NCBI GenBank assembly: GCA_013265495.1 | Contig: MU059403.1 | Coordinates: 1,068,960 to 1,132,959, forward strand | Source of the DNA: Vicugna vicugna | Lineage: Eukaryota | Direction of reading: 5' to 3' | DNA: 64,000 nt | Shown here: positions 62,908 through 64,000 of the stretch, piece by piece | Position numbering within the stretch: position 1 is the stretch's first letter | How the letters are laid out: every line of letters starts with the position of its first letter | Translations under genes and position numbers: made by a program | Notes under the pieces: model-generated | Seen by the model: the letters and a program-made list of their open reading frames with translations, nothing else | What the model was told of the DNA's origin: nothing | The model's database searches: none

Positions 62908-63149
62908 CTGTGGGCTCTGTCATCAGTCTGGCACCGCAACGAGCACGTAGGTCAGAAACAAGGATGTGAACGTCTTTAGAAAAGACCAAAGTCTGCCCAG
63001 TCAGCTGTTCTAAAACATGATTCCTGCCGTCCCGTTAACTTAGACGGTGCAGTGGGAAAACGTCAAAACAGTCAACTGCGCGGTAGAACAAATTAATATG
63101 TAAGTCAGTATAAACTTTAAAATGATAAAACATCCTTAGCTTTCGTCCT

Positions 63150-63930
63150 CTGAACTATACGATCATCACACGAACACGCACTTCCATGTACGTTCACCAA
63201 GACGCGGATGGAAGTGCGCATTGTTTCTCCGATCAGGCGATTCCCAAATCACCGACAGGCATCTAAAGGCGTCGGCGTGGCTTTACTTGACGTAGCTGTT
63301 CCCGCAAGACGCCCCTGAGTGCGCGTGACTGGCGCGGAGACCCCCGTTCCTTCCGGCTGCCCCCCCGGCCACAGTCACCGGGCGACTCCGGGGCTTTCGC
63401 CGCGTGGCCGAGGCTCCCGGCACGGAGACCCCCGCCGGCCCCGCGGCTGCCCGGCCCGCGCCTCGCGCGGTTCCCGCGGCCGNNNNNNNNNNNNNNNNNN
63501 NNNNNNNNNNNNNGCCAGCTGGCGACGTGTCTCCGTCCGCGGCGCTCCGCACGCGTCGTCTGCCCTCGGCTCAGATTTCCGGAATTTGAAAACCCTAACG
63601 CGTCGTTTTGTTCTTCTCACTTTTCCCGATTAAACCGCAAGTGCTGTTTTCGCCTCGTTCGTCAGGCGAGCTGGTAGCTTTCCTCCTGGAAGAGCTGCTG
63701 TGTGTTTTCGTTTCAGGTTTCTGACCTTGGGTCTTCCCTTGAATACAATCTGCTTTCCTCCGTAGTTCATTCATTCGTTTTACATGTCCAGTCACTCAAG
63801 AAATGTCCACAGAGCCCCGAGGGCGGGAGGTGTATTTTAGGCACATGGGACCCGCCAGTGACCAAAATCAACAGTGACGTTCGCGGAAGTCTCCGCCCTG
63901 AAGGGGCTCACAGCGCAGCGGGGCGAAAAC
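63150..63930. promoter_or_regulatory. CpG island promoter with CRE-like, ETS and CHR-like motifs
   Basis: TGACGT 63288-63293, TTCCGG 63351-63356, palindromic TTCCGGAA 63577-63584 directly followed by TTTGAA 63585-63590; dense CpG. Confidence 0.8.
63483..63513. other. Assembly gap inside CpG island
   Basis: 31 N. Confidence 1.
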
Positions 63931-64000
63931 AATCACCAACACAGCAAAAAAGAGCGTGTTCAAAGGTGACGAGAGGAGCTACGGGAGGAAAAGCCAGAGC

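Noticed and set aside
1-64000. Hundreds of 60-300 aa ORFs in the ORF track
   Set aside because: Overlapping on all six frames, Pro/Gly/Arg/Ala-rich, often started at GTG/TTG/CTG; expected by chance in GC-rich mammalian DNA
1-64000. CRISPR arrays, operons or prokaryotic defence systems
   Set aside because: Sequence is mammalian; no regularly spaced repeat-spacer array was seen

Overview
Mammalian genomic DNA, not prokaryotic. Three tRNA-Ala-derived SINEs of the camelid Vic-1/SINE1_Vpa type and artiodactyl-type L1 3' ends point to a camelid (alpaca, llama or camel). The window is a GC-rich, CpG-rich, probably subtelomeric region with three main CpG islands (~0.8-1.5 kb, ~15.1-15.7 kb, ~63.2-63.9 kb) and three assembly gaps. 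It carries old MIR/L2/L1M/MaLR relics, one ERV-type solo LTR and several simple repeats. I could not recognise a known protein-coding gene, so no gene symbols are given; almost all listed ORFs look like GC-rich chance ORFs. The best unexplained structure is a set of splice and polyadenylation signals suggesting up to three minus-strand transcription units. (i) Three phase-0 exons (62907-62719, 60011-59601, 58320-58168) below the right, CHR-bearing CpG island join into an uninterrupted 250-codon ORF. (ii) A ~4 kb UTR-like terminal exon (32291 to ~28150) has three AATAAA signals and two candidate upstream exons. (iii) A terminal exon 4673 to ~3230 may be driven from the 15 kb island. These are hypotheses that need RNA-seq and synteny checks. 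Repeat family names come from my recall of consensus sequences, not from a database search. I found no convincing novel multi-gene system.
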